A stretch of 64,000 bases of DNA, from NCBI GenBank assembly GCA_035500835.1, contig DATJWW010000034.1, positions 56,984 to 120,983 of the forward strand, in the 5' to 3' direction. This document shows positions 26,444 through 34,798 of this stretch, one piece after another. The notes below the pieces were generated by a model. It was not told the DNA's origin. It did no database searches and saw nothing but the letters and a program-made list of their open reading frames with translations. Position 1 is the stretch's first letter. Each line of letters starts with the position of its first letter. Made by a program: the position numbers and the translations under genes. Source of the DNA: Solirubrobacterales bacterium. Its GTDB lineage: Bacteria; Actinomycetota; Thermoleophilia; Solirubrobacterales; 70-9.

Positions 26444-27955
26444 TTGGCCGCCGTGCCGCCGAAGGTCGCCAGATGGGTAGCGCCCGTCGCCTGGGTCGCC
26501 GCCGTGAGCGCCGTGCTCCTGCTCGTCTTCCCGGTCGGCTTCCCCAACTACGACACGATCTACGCGCTGGTCTGGGGACGCGAACTGGCGCATGGGATGA
26601 GCCCCGACTACGGCGCCGCCCTACCCCCCACGCCCCACCCGTTGATCGACTTCCTCGGGCTGATCACCTCGCCTTTCGGCGAAGCGCCGATCACGGTGAC
26701 GATGATCCTCGCCTACGTATCCCTCGGCCTGATCGCGTATTTCGTCTACCGACTGGGGACCACCTGGTTCGACCGCTGGGTCGGCGTCCTCGCCGCGGTC
26801 ATCGTCCTCACCCGGGCGCCGTTCCTCTCCAACGGCCTGCGCGCCTACGTCGACCTCCCCTACATCGCCTTCTGCCTCGGCGCCCTATATGTGGAGGCGC
26901 GAAAGCCGCGGGCGGGCTGGCCGGTGCTCGCCCTGCTGGTCCCGGCGGGACTGCTGCGCCCCGAGGCCTGGGGCTTCGCGATCGCCTACTGGCTCTGGCT
27001 GGCCTTCGACATCCGGCGAGGGCCGGGCGGCCTCTGGGGATGGGAGGTCGTCTGGAGACGGGAGCGCTCGACGCGGGAGCTGACCTGGTTGGCGGCCCTC
27101 GCCCTGGGGGGGCCGATCATCTGGGTGCTCTTCGACGCGATCACCACCGGCAACCCGCTCTACTCGCTCACCGGCACGCAGGAAACCGTCGAAACGCTGA
27201 ACCGCAGGACGGGGCCGGTCGACCTCGTCCTCTACGGGCCCCGGGCGCTCGGCGAAGTGATGCAGTGGCCGGGGATGATCGGCGGCTTCGGCGGCCTCGT
27301 GTTCGGCATCTGGCTGCTGCCACGGCGCTCGGCGCTCGGCTTCGCCGCGGTCGTCCTCTCGCTGCTTGCCTTCGCCTTCCTCGCCGCGGCGGGCCTCGCG
27401 ATCCTCGCCCGCTACACGATGCTGACCAGCGCGCTGCTCTCGATCTTCTTCGCCCTCGGGCTGCTCGGCTGGCGCTTCCTCGACCGTGGCAACCGTTGGC
27501 GGCGGCCGTGGCAGGTCTTCGCCGCGATCGTCCTGGCGATGGTCCTGATCTGGCTGCCGAACCAGTGGGACCTGGACCGCACCGTCCACACCGACCTGAC
27601 TAACCAAGGCAAGATCGAGCGCGACCTCACCGACCTCGTGAACGAAGGCGCCTTTTCACCCGACTGCGGGCCGATCGCCGTCCCCAACCATCGCGCCGTG
27701 CCGCGCCTCGCCTTCGGGCTCGACGTGCGCCCGACCGACATCGTCAGCGCCAGCGAGGCGGTCTCACCGGAAGAAAGGAGGAAGAAGGCCGAAGCCGGCT
27801 ACTGGGTCCAGCCCGCCAGCCAGTTCGTCATCCACAACTACATCCTCGACCCGGAAGACAAGACCAACTTCCACATCGAGGTGCCGAAGGGCTTCGAGGA
27901 AGTCGCCCGCAACGAGAGCTGGGTCATCTACAGCCGCTGCGCGAACGGCGGCTAA
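26444..27955 (+). CDS. Polytopic membrane protein, possibly a GT-C-type glycosyltransferase
   Basis: 503 aa with more than 10 hydrophobic helices followed by a soluble C-terminal domain. The family is not securely recognised and the start is uncertain. Confidence 0.5.
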   Translation: MAAVPPKVARWVAPVAWVAAVSAVLLLVFPVGFPNYDTIYALVWGRELAHGMSPDYGAALPPTPHPLIDFLGLITSPFGEAPITVTMILAYVSLGLIAYFVYRLGTTWFDRWVGVLAAVIVLTRAPFLSNGLRAYVDLPYIAFCLGALYVEARKPRAGWPVLALLVPAGLLRPEAWGFAIAYWLWLAFDIRRGPGGLWGWEVVWRRERSTRELTWLAALALGGPIIWVLFDAITTGNPLYSLTGTQETVETLNRRTGPVDLVLYGPRALGEVMQWPGMIGGFGGLVFGIWLLPRRSALGFAAVVLSLLAFAFLAAAGLAILARYTMLTSALLSIFFALGLLGWRFLDRGNRWRRPWQVFAAIVLAMVLIWLPNQWDLDRTVHTDLTNQGKIERDLTDLVNEGAFSPDCGPIAVPNHRAVPRLAFGLDVRPTDIVSASEAVSPEERRKKAEAGYWVQPASQFVIHNYILDPEDKTNFHIEVPKGFEEVARNESWVIYSRCANGG

Positions 27956-28737
27956 CCGCCGCGCTCGGCGGCGTCGATCGCGGCGTGCGTCGCGGCGGCA
28001 AGGTCGGGGTCGGCCAGCTCGATCGCCGGGGGCAGCTCGACATGGAGGTCGTCGGAGGGATCGATCCGCACATGCAGCGGCCCGCCCGCGCGCGATCCGA
28101 GCACGTGTCCGCCGCGCCGGCGACCGATGTCGACGAAGTGAAGGTGGTACCCCGCCACCTCGATCCCCTCGACGAAGGCGGGGAAGCGGAAGCCGACCAT
28201 CGACCCCTCGACGTCGGTTAGCTCGAAGACGTGCTGCTCGGCGACGACCTCGGCGAGCGGCCGGTAGGGCGGCTCCTGGCGCGGCACCGAGCGGGCGCGG
28301 ACCGCCGCGAAGCGGCCGTCGATCCGCACCGCGAAGGAGCTCTCCCCGGCCGGCGCCAGCGCATCGAGCCCGGCGAGGATCTCCTCGTGGTCGAGCCCCG
28401 CCTCGAGCACCCCCTCGGCCGTCGGCTCGAACCGCGTCACCACCGCGAACGGCGTCCGCTCCCCCGGCCCGACCGCCGACACCGCGCCGTCGACGTCGGC
28501 GCGGAGGAACTCGCCGTCGAGGGCGATCATCTCGCCGTCGAGCCCGTTCAGCGTCCCCAGCCCGAGGTCGCCGCGCTCGGCCAGCTCGGCGAAGGTGAGG
28601 TCGCCGTCGAAGGCGCCGTCGAGCAGGGCGCCGATCGTCGAGGCCTGGAAGAGCACGTGCGCCTCGCGCTCGGCGTGCAGGTCGGCGTGGCGCATCGACT
28701 CGACATGGAGAGAACGGATCCAGCGCTCGTCAAGCAT
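27952..28737 (-). CDS. budA: Alpha-acetolactate decarboxylase
   Basis: 261 aa. FQASTIGALLDGAFDGDLTFAEL..GLGTLNGLDGEMIALDGEF is typical of AlsD/BudA. Confidence 0.85.
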   Translation of the reverse strand: MLDERWIRSLHVESMRHADLHAEREAHVLFQASTIGALLDGAFDGDLTFAELAERGDLGLGTLNGLDGEMIALDGEFLRADVDGAVSAVGPGERTPFAVVTRFEPTAEGVLEAGLDHEEILAGLDALAPAGESSFAVRIDGRFAAVRARSVPRQEPPYRPLAEVVAEQHVFELTDVEGSMVGFRFPAFVEGIEVAGYHLHFVDIGRRRGGHVLGSRAGGPLHVRIDPSDDLHVELPPAIELADPDLAAATHAAIDAAERGG

Positions 28738-28838
28738 GGGCGGCAGTCTGCCGGCCGCCGGCGCAGGGGTGAAGAAATGGACCGTGCACCCGCCTTCGAA
28801 ACGTGATCACCGGGCGTGTCCGTCGCTTAAGGCTCGAG

Positions 28839-28930
28839 CCGGGCTTCCCCACGGCACCCGCGGCCTCCGCTTAAGGCTGCTTCCTTCCGGACCTGACCTG
28901 GTTCGCGTGCCTGCGTCGCGTGGGACCCGG
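28839..28930 (-). ncRNA. ffs: Signal recognition particle RNA (4.5S type)
   Basis: The minus strand reads ...AACCAGGUCAGGUCCGGAAGGAAGCAGCC..., the conserved domain IV with its GGAA tetraloop. Terminal pairing CCGGG/CCCGG and CCCACG/CGUGGG closes the molecule. The helix may extend to about 28816-28953. Confidence 0.8.
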
Positions 28931-29087
28931 CCGTCAACGCCGCCGCGACGCACTGACCCCGACGGTCAGTCCCTCGGAACGGTAGTCGGCCCCGCTAGAG
29001 CGGATTGCGGGTTATAGGGCACCGCTGATTCCCCGCCTAGCACGGTCCATTGCCAAGCCTACCGCTCATACATATGCTCGCGCGGCC

Positions 29088-30341
29088 TTGATCGACGTCG
29101 ACACCGGATCCTTCTTCGCGATCGTCGTGGTCGCGGCCGTCGCCGCGGTCACCGTCGCGGTCGTGCCGTCGCGGCTCGCGCCGCCGGTGGTCGTCGTCGA
29201 GTTGATGCTGGGGATCGTGATCGGTCCCCACGTCTTCGGCCTCGCCCGATCCGACAGCTTCATCGAATTCTTCTCCAACCTCGGGCTGGGGATGCTCTTC
29301 TTCTTCGCCGGCTACGAGATCGACTTCAACCGGATCAAAGGGGCGCCGATGAAGCTCGGCGCCTGGGGCTGGTTGCTCTCGGTGGCGCTCGCCTACGGGA
29401 TCGGCGGCCTGCTCGCCGCGGCCGGGATCGTCGTCTCCTTCCTCTACACCGGCTCGGCGATGGCGACGACGGCGATCGGCACGCTGATCCCGATCCTCCG
29501 CGACAACGGTGAGCTGAAGACCCGCTTCGGCACCTACCTGCTGGCGGCGGGCGGCGCCGGCGAGTTCGGCCCGATCCTGCTGGTGACTCTGGTCCTCTCG
29601 ACCGGAGAACCGCTGCACGAGTCGCTGATCCTGATCGCCTTCGTCGCGCTCGCGCTTCTCCTGGCGGTCGGCTCGATGCGCTCCGCCGGCCGCGGCTGGC
29701 CGCTGCTCGAGCGCACCTTCGAGACCTCGAGCCAGCTCGCCGTGCGCCTCACCGTGGTGCTCGTCTTCGGCCTCGTCTTCCTCGCCAACAAGCTCGGCCT
29801 CGACCTGCTGCTGGGCGGCTTCGTCGCCGGGATGATCGTGCGGCGCGCGCTCCAGGGGCACGAGCTGCACATCTTCGAGTCGAAGCTGACCGCGGTCGGC
29901 TTCGGCTTCTTCGTGCCGTTCTTCTTCGTCACCAGCGGCATCGAGTTCGACCTGGCGGCGCTCGGCAGCCTCGGCGCGATCGCCAAGCTGGCGATGTTCT
30001 TCGTCCTCTTCCTGGTCGTCCGCGGAGCGCCGGCGATGCTGCTCTACCGCAGCGTGCTGGGCGCGCGGGACCGCGCCGCGCTCGCCTTCTACTGTGCGAC
30101 CGAGCTGCCGCTGGTCGTCGCGATCACGACGCTGGCGACCGAGACCGGGCACATGCGGGCCTCGACCGCGGCTGGGCTGGTCGGCGCCGCGATGCTCTCG
30201 ACCCTGGTCTTCCCGTTCGTCGCGCCGGCGCTGCGCCGGCACGGGGAGGCCGACCGCGGGCCCCACATCGAGGGGGATCCGGACGGGGGCTCCCCTCCGC
30301 TCGGGGGGGAGCCCGTCGTCCGGCCGCTGCCGGCGGGTTAG
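29088..30341 (+). CDS. Cation:proton antiporter (CPA family)
   Basis: 417-aa polytopic protein with a Na+/H+ exchanger-like N-terminus (VVELMLGIVIGPHVFG). TTG start. Confidence 0.85.
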   Translation: MIDVDTGSFFAIVVVAAVAAVTVAVVPSRLAPPVVVVELMLGIVIGPHVFGLARSDSFIEFFSNLGLGMLFFFAGYEIDFNRIKGAPMKLGAWGWLLSVALAYGIGGLLAAAGIVVSFLYTGSAMATTAIGTLIPILRDNGELKTRFGTYLLAAGGAGEFGPILLVTLVLSTGEPLHESLILIAFVALALLLAVGSMRSAGRGWPLLERTFETSSQLAVRLTVVLVFGLVFLANKLGLDLLLGGFVAGMIVRRALQGHELHIFESKLTAVGFGFFVPFFFVTSGIEFDLAALGSLGAIAKLAMFFVLFLVVRGAPAMLLYRSVLGARDRAALAFYCATELPLVVAITTLATETGHMRASTAAGLVGAAMLSTLVFPFVAPALRRHGEADRGPHIEGDPDGGSPPLGGEPVVRPLPAG

Positions 30342-31425
30342 ATGGCTGATTCCGCGGGCCGAGGTGCGTCCCGGGCGCCTCGCGGCGAGGGCCGGGATCG
30401 AGGTCCTGGGGCGCGCTGCATGGATTTGGGCCCCTATAGGTGTAGATGCCGGCCACGTTGTTCCCCTGAAGCTCCCGTAACCGCTCGATCGGCGGCCGGT
30501 GACCGAGGGCGCCATGTCTTCGGGTGGAGTTGTAGCGCTCCAGCCAACCGGAGAGGGCGGCCGCCCTCTCCGGCGAGGAGCCGTAGACGGCCGCGTAGGC
30601 CCACTCGCGCAGCATCGTGCGGATGAATCTCTCCGCCTTGCCGTTGGTCTGGGGTCGGCGCGGCCTGGTGCGGATGTGGCGGATGCCGAGCGCCCGGCAG
30701 GCGAGCGCATGGGCGACCGAGACGTAGGCGGGTCCGTTGTCGGTCATCAACCGCTCCACCGTGATCCCGTGCGAGCGGTAGAAGGCCACCGCCCTTCGCA
30801 GGAAGCCGATCGCGGTGGTCGCCTTCTCGTCGGGCAGGACCTCGGCGTAGGCGAGGCGGGTGGCGTCGTCGACGCAGACGTGGACCCGCTCCCAGCCGAC
30901 CTGGCGACGCCGGCGGCCCGCCGCGTCGACGGCGGTGCGGTTGCTCCTGCGCCTCCCGGTCACGCGGTACCCGGGCCCGTTCGGGCCGATGCGGCCGAGT
31001 TTCTTCACGTCGACGTGGATCAGCTCGCCCGGCCGGGAGCGCTCGTAGCGACGGATCGGCTCCGGCGGCTCCAGGCGCGAGAGCCTGCCGAGGCCGACCC
31101 GCAGGAGCACCGCCGAGACGGTCGAGGTCGCCATCCCGAGGAGCTCGGCGATCTCGGGACCGGTCATCCGCACGCGCCTGAGGGCGGTGATCGCCTCGAC
31201 CCGTCCGGGCGGGGTCACGTTTGCGACCCGCCTGGGCGCGGAGCTGCGGTCGAGCAGCCCCGCCTCGCCCTCGGCGCGGTAGCGGCGCACCCATTTGCCG
31301 GCCGTCCTCACGCTCACTCCGGCGGCCTCGGCCGCCTCCGCGAGCGTGAGGCCCTCCTCGGTCACGAGCAGGACCATCCGCCGCCTGCCCTTCGGGCCGA
31401 GCGGCGCATTACCGTGGAGCTTCAT
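30124..31425 (-). CDS. IS481-family DDE transposase; the reading frame runs out of the element
   Basis: Start at MKLHGNAPLGPKGRRRMV. N-terminal HTH, then an rve core with HVDVKKL, MTDNGPAY and TNGKAERF. There is no stop inside the IS, so the frame continues about 100 codons to 30124. Confidence 0.8.
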   Translation of the reverse strand: MKLHGNAPLGPKGRRRMVLLVTEEGLTLAEAAEAAGVSVRTAGKWVRRYRAEGEAGLLDRSSAPRRVANVTPPGRVEAITALRRVRMTGPEIAELLGMATSTVSAVLLRVGLGRLSRLEPPEPIRRYERSRPGELIHVDVKKLGRIGPNGPGYRVTGRRRSNRTAVDAAGRRRRQVGWERVHVCVDDATRLAYAEVLPDEKATTAIGFLRRAVAFYRSHGITVERLMTDNGPAYVSVAHALACRALGIRHIRTRPRRPQTNGKAERFIRTMLREWAYAAVYGSSPERAAALSGWLERYNSTRRHGALGHRPPIERLRELQGNNVAGIYTYRGPNPCSAPQDLDPGPRREAPGTHLGPRNQPSNPPAAAGRRAPPRAEGSPRPDPPRCGARGRPPRAGAAPARRTGRPGSRASRRRPAQPRSRPACARSRSPAS

Positions 31426-31519
31426 CCGGATCCTCCTTGTAGCTGGGGCTTCGACACCGCCAGCCTCCAAGGAGGTCCGGATGAACAACGTGCCTAGGAA
31501 TTACATATAGGGGCCCAAA
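30425..31519 (-). mobile_element. IS481-family insertion sequence
   Basis: Terminal inverted repeats TTTGGGCCCCTATA (30425-30438) and TATAGGGGCCCAAA (31506-31519) enclose a single DDE transposase gene. GGA flanks both sides. Confidence 0.8.
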
Positions 31520-31627
31520 GGATGGTCACGTCCTTCAGACGCCTGAAGGACACGGGAGGAAGAGCGAACTTCCAGACATCTTCCAGATGCCTGCCGTCCC
31601 TCCCTCCCACCCACTCCTCGCACCCCC

Positions 31628-31690
31628 GGCCGCCCCGGCCACGGCCACACCCTGCGAGGGTCGTGGCCGGGACGGCCGCATCCCTTCCCC
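31628..31690. repeat. 63-nt hairpin-containing intergenic module, copy 1
   Basis: Matches 42652-42714 with 3 mismatches. Hairpin arms are at 31632-31643 and 31662-31673. Confidence 0.85.
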
Positions 31691-31743
31691 GGGCGCCGGC
31701 TTCCGGTCGTGGAATCAACCATCTGGCCGCCGGGATCGGGCTG

Positions 31744-32802
31744 CTACCTGCGGACGAGCTTCAGGGTCTTGTAGACGGTGGCGTGAGCCTTGCCGACCCG
31801 CGCCGTCTCCTTGAACAGGAGCTTCTTCTTCGCCTTCACCTTCTTCAGCGCGGCGGGCTTCACCTTGATGACGAACTTCTTCGTCTTGCCCTTCTTGACC
31901 CTCGCGCGGCGCTTCGCGGTGGCCGCCTTGTGCTTGGTCAGCATGCCCTGCAAGGTCAGGGTGCAGGTGGCCTTGAGCTTGGCCGGGCACTTGGCCTTCA
32001 CCGTGATCTTGTTGCCCTTCAGGACGGCCGGGCCGACCAAGCTCGACGACTGCAGGATGCTGGACAGCTGGGAATTGGTGAGGCTTCCGGAGCCACCGCC
32101 GGCACCCGAGCCTCCGCCGCCCCCGCCTCCACCGCCGGGGCCTTCGCCGCCGTTGCCGACGGTCAGGCCGACGTTGTCGAACCGCATGTCCGTGGTCGAG
32201 GTGAGGAGGCCGACTTTCGCCTCAGATTTCGCCTCGGTCAGGATCTGGATCGCATAGGTGTGACCCGCGGTGACCGTAGCCGCGGCGTTTTCGCCCATGA
32301 ACGAAGCCGATTCTTCGCTCAGTGACGCTTCCATCAGATTCGACTGGGTGCCGCTGGTTTTGTCGAGCAAGACGACTTTGTAGCCACTATTCGGGCCAAG
32401 TTTCACGATCCCCGACAACACGAGCTGACGGTCGAGATGCAGCGTTGCGGGACCACCGCTGGAGACCGTGAAGTCCGGGGACTGCAGGGTCACCTTCGAG
32501 TCGAAGACCGATGCGGCGTTGACGATGCCTTTCGTGTGAGCGTCGAACGAACCGGGCGGGTTGCCCGCGGCCTGCGTGTATTCCCCTTCGTTTTCGCAGA
32601 GCAGCCCCAGTTCGACCGTGCCGAGCAATTTGCATTCCTTTGCCGGGACAAACCAGCCTTCGGCGCTGCCGGTGAACGTGCTGCCTCCGCTTGGGTAGGT
32701 GGCAGCCGACGCCTGGCCGACGCCGAGAACGAGCAGAGCCGCTCCCGATACCAACCCGAGCAGGAACACCTGCCGGATGCGACTCCTGAGCGAGATGAAC
32801 AC
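31744..32802 (-). CDS. Secreted hypothetical protein with a poly-Gly linker and a Lys-rich C-terminal domain
   Basis: GTG 32802 is preceded by AAAGGAG. The signal peptide is RSRIRQVFLLGLVSGAALLVLGVGQASA. It has a run of G residues and a C-terminus rich in K. GC is visibly lower than in neighbouring genes. Confidence 0.55.
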   Translation of the reverse strand: MFISLRSRIRQVFLLGLVSGAALLVLGVGQASAATYPSGGSTFTGSAEGWFVPAKECKLLGTVELGLLCENEGEYTQAAGNPPGSFDAHTKGIVNAASVFDSKVTLQSPDFTVSSGGPATLHLDRQLVLSGIVKLGPNSGYKVVLLDKTSGTQSNLMEASLSEESASFMGENAAATVTAGHTYAIQILTEAKSEAKVGLLTSTTDMRFDNVGLTVGNGGEGPGGGGGGGGGSGAGGGSGSLTNSQLSSILQSSSLVGPAVLKGNKITVKAKCPAKLKATCTLTLQGMLTKHKAATAKRRARVKKGKTKKFVIKVKPAALKKVKAKKKLLFKETARVGKAHATVYKTLKLVRR

Positions 32803-32951
32803 GATTCTCCTTTCGCGGGATTGCGTGAAACGCACGTCCTTCTGTCGACTCAGGTATCCATTACTTAAAACTCTCAACCTCGATACCTAATTTTCTGGAC
32901 ACTTGTCTGAGGACATCGACCGCTGCCCACGCGGCGTAAACTGCTCCGCCC

Positions 32952-33023
32952 GGGCGCGTAGCTCAGTGGGAGAGCGCTCGCTTCACACGCGAGAGGTCGC
33001 TGGTTCGAAACCAGCCGTGCCCA
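32952..33023 (+). tRNA. tRNA-Val (anticodon CAC)
   Basis: GGGCGCGTAGCTCAGTGGGAGAGCGCTCGCTTCACACGCGAGAGGTCGCTGGTTCGAAACCAGCCGTGCCCA folds as a cloverleaf by eye. The anticodon loop is TTCACAC. CCA is not encoded. Confidence 0.93.
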
Positions 33024-33113
33024 TGGTCCAGAAGCCGCTGAAGGCCGGCGTTCAGCTCCCCCGACACGAGGGCTACCCTGGCAACGCGGACGGCATCCAG
33101 CGCAAAGGCGGAC

Positions 33114-33641
33114 ATGGCTCGATCCCGATGGCATCGGATATACAGCGCGAAAATCGCGGCCCCGAGGGAGTTGCTGTTCGATCTGCTCTCCGACATGCCC
33201 AACTACGGCCGTTGGTTGCCCGGCTCCGAGCAGTTCGGGCGGACCACCGAGGTCGAGCCCTATCCGGTGCGACTCGGGAGCCGGTACCACGACGGCAAGC
33301 CGGACGAACCGGGCAAGGAGTGGTGGGGCACCGTGACCGGCTTTCAACCGCCGGCGTCCATCGACTTCCATCACTCGATCGCGGTCTCACAGCTCCGGGC
33401 CGCGGTCGACGTGCACATCCACTACTCGCTCGAGCCGACGGGTGAGGCCACGCTGATCGACCGTTGGCTCGTCCTCGACATCGAGATGCCAATCCTGCTC
33501 CGCCCCCTGCGGCGGGCGATCATCTCGAGGTTCGACGAGGAGAACGTCAGGACGATGGGGGCCGTCAAGGATTACGCGGAGGCCCATGCCGACGGCGTCC
33601 CTCCCGACGACGAACGGCCGGGGGCGACCGCCGCGGCGTGA
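33114..33641 (+). CDS. SRPBCC family (polyketide cyclase/dehydrase-like) protein
   Basis: 175 aa. The N-terminus IAAPRELLFDLLSDMPNYGRWLPG is typical of SRPBCC. Confidence 0.7.
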   Translation: MARSRWHRIYSAKIAAPRELLFDLLSDMPNYGRWLPGSEQFGRTTEVEPYPVRLGSRYHDGKPDEPGKEWWGTVTGFQPPASIDFHHSIAVSQLRAAVDVHIHYSLEPTGEATLIDRWLVLDIEMPILLRPLRRAIISRFDEENVRTMGAVKDYAEAHADGVPPDDERPGATAAA

Positions 33642-33713
33642 TGTCCCGATGGGGAGCGGCGGCCCTCCGCGCGATGCCGCGGATGGACCGCCCGCCCCGG
33701 ACGGGGGTGCTCC

Positions 33714-34235
33714 TTACGAGCCGGCCACTTCTTTCAGGACCCTGGTCATTTCGTCGATGTTGACGTCGAGGACGTGGGAGTTGCCCTCGTTCCAGTGGAC
33801 CAGCTCTTTCATCCCGCACATTTTCCAGCCGTCGGGGGTCTTGACGAAATCGTCGCGGTAGTAGCCGACCACGGTCTGGATCGGGCCGCCGGTGTTGGTC
33901 GGCATCCAGTGTTTGCCCTGCATGAGCGAGAGGACCGTCGCCTTGTCCCCGTCGAATTCCCACTGCGAGGGGATCTTCATGTGCTGGCTCTGCGGCAGGT
34001 TGTCGAAGAAGGCGACCAGGGACTTGACGTAGTCGTCGGCTTTGAGCGACTCCACCGGCTCGTCGAAGAAGGCCTCCAGCTCGGTGAGGTCGAGCATGAT
34101 CTCGTCCACCCAGCAGCTCCGGTAGAGCTCCCAGTTCCGCGAGTCCATGCCGTAGCAATACCTGTTGATCACATCGGTGATTTCGGCCCGATCGAGCAGG
34201 TACTCGACCTTCGCCTCAAGGCTGTCGAATTTCAT
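33714..34235 (-). CDS. SnoaL-like / NTF2-fold protein
   Basis: Start at MKFDSLEAKVEYLLDRAEITDVINRYCYGMDSRNWELY, the SnoaL_4 style. Confidence 0.7.
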   Translation of the reverse strand: MKFDSLEAKVEYLLDRAEITDVINRYCYGMDSRNWELYRSCWVDEIMLDLTELEAFFDEPVESLKADDYVKSLVAFFDNLPQSQHMKIPSQWEFDGDKATVLSLMQGKHWMPTNTGGPIQTVVGYYRDDFVKTPDGWKMCGMKELVHWNEGNSHVLDVNIDEMTRVLKEVAGS

Positions 34236-34325
34236 CACTCCTCCTTGTTTGCGGTTCCTCGCGCAGGCGGAGAGGCCGGGCACGGCAGGGCGGGCGCAGG
34301 GCGCCCTTTCTCTCCAGCGGGGAAC

Positions 34326-34790
34326 CTATCGGAAATTGCAACACTTGTTGACAATTTTTGATGGCAATTCTGGATGCGCGCCCGAGACCGGGCCGAAGAC
34401 GGGCAGGCGGAACCTGCCGTGGACGTCTTCGCAGTCCAGCATCACGACCTTGAGCGGCAGGCCCGGCACCAGGCCCGTCCGCCCTATCCCCTGCGGATTC
34501 GAGACGAACAGCGGGCCCTCCGCCAGCCGCACCAGGATCACCAGCCACGGCGGCGGACACTGGGGGTAGTACTCGCGCTCGAACTCGCAATGGGTGACCA
34601 GACTCGCCGCCCCGCTCACCTCCTCCCACTCGAGCTCGGCACCGAGGCACCGGTCGCACCGCGAGGACGGCGGCCAGAGGACCTCCTCGCACCCACCGCA
34701 CCTCTGCAGGCTGAACCCGGCGTCGGTGCAGCGGTCCCAGAACTCGGTGTGATGGCCGCCGAGAACGCGCGGGGGTCTCTCGATCGCCAT
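34326..34790 (-). CDS. DUF35 Zn-ribbon/OB-fold protein (thiolase partner)
   Basis: 154 aa with CGGCEEVLWPPSSRCDRCLG followed by an OB-fold region. Sits directly downstream of the thiolase-like gene. Confidence 0.8.
   Translation of the reverse strand: MAIERPPRVLGGHHTEFWDRCTDAGFSLQRCGGCEEVLWPPSSRCDRCLGAELEWEEVSGAASLVTHCEFEREYYPQCPPPWLVILVRLAEGPLFVSNPQGIGRTGLVPGLPLKVVMLDCEDVHGRFRLPVFGPVSGAHPELPSKIVNKCCNFR
34336..34354. promoter_or_regulatory. Imperfect palindrome TTGCAAC-N4-GTTGACAA
   Basis: Lies in the DUF35/SnoaL gap and is related to the palindrome at 36050-36069. Confidence 0.3.
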
Positions 34791-34798
34791 GGTTTCCC

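Noticed and set aside
28931-29087. Alu-domain extension that would make ffs a long (Bacillus-type) SRP RNA.
   Set aside because: Only a short additional helix can be drawn. I could not identify the conserved Alu-domain loop motifs, so I kept the short form with a possible helix extension.
29037-30710. 557-aa minus-strand ORF spanning the antiporter gene.
   Set aside because: It is the shadow frame of the polytopic antiporter and has extreme Arg/Asp/Gly content. Only the part from 30124 upward, in a different frame, belongs to the transposase read-through.
31520-33023. tRNA-Val-associated genomic island (IS, low-GC secreted protein, tRNA).
   Set aside because: There is no integrase gene, no direct repeat of the tRNA 3' end that I could find, and the IS has its own inverted repeats. 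The segment is too small to call an island.
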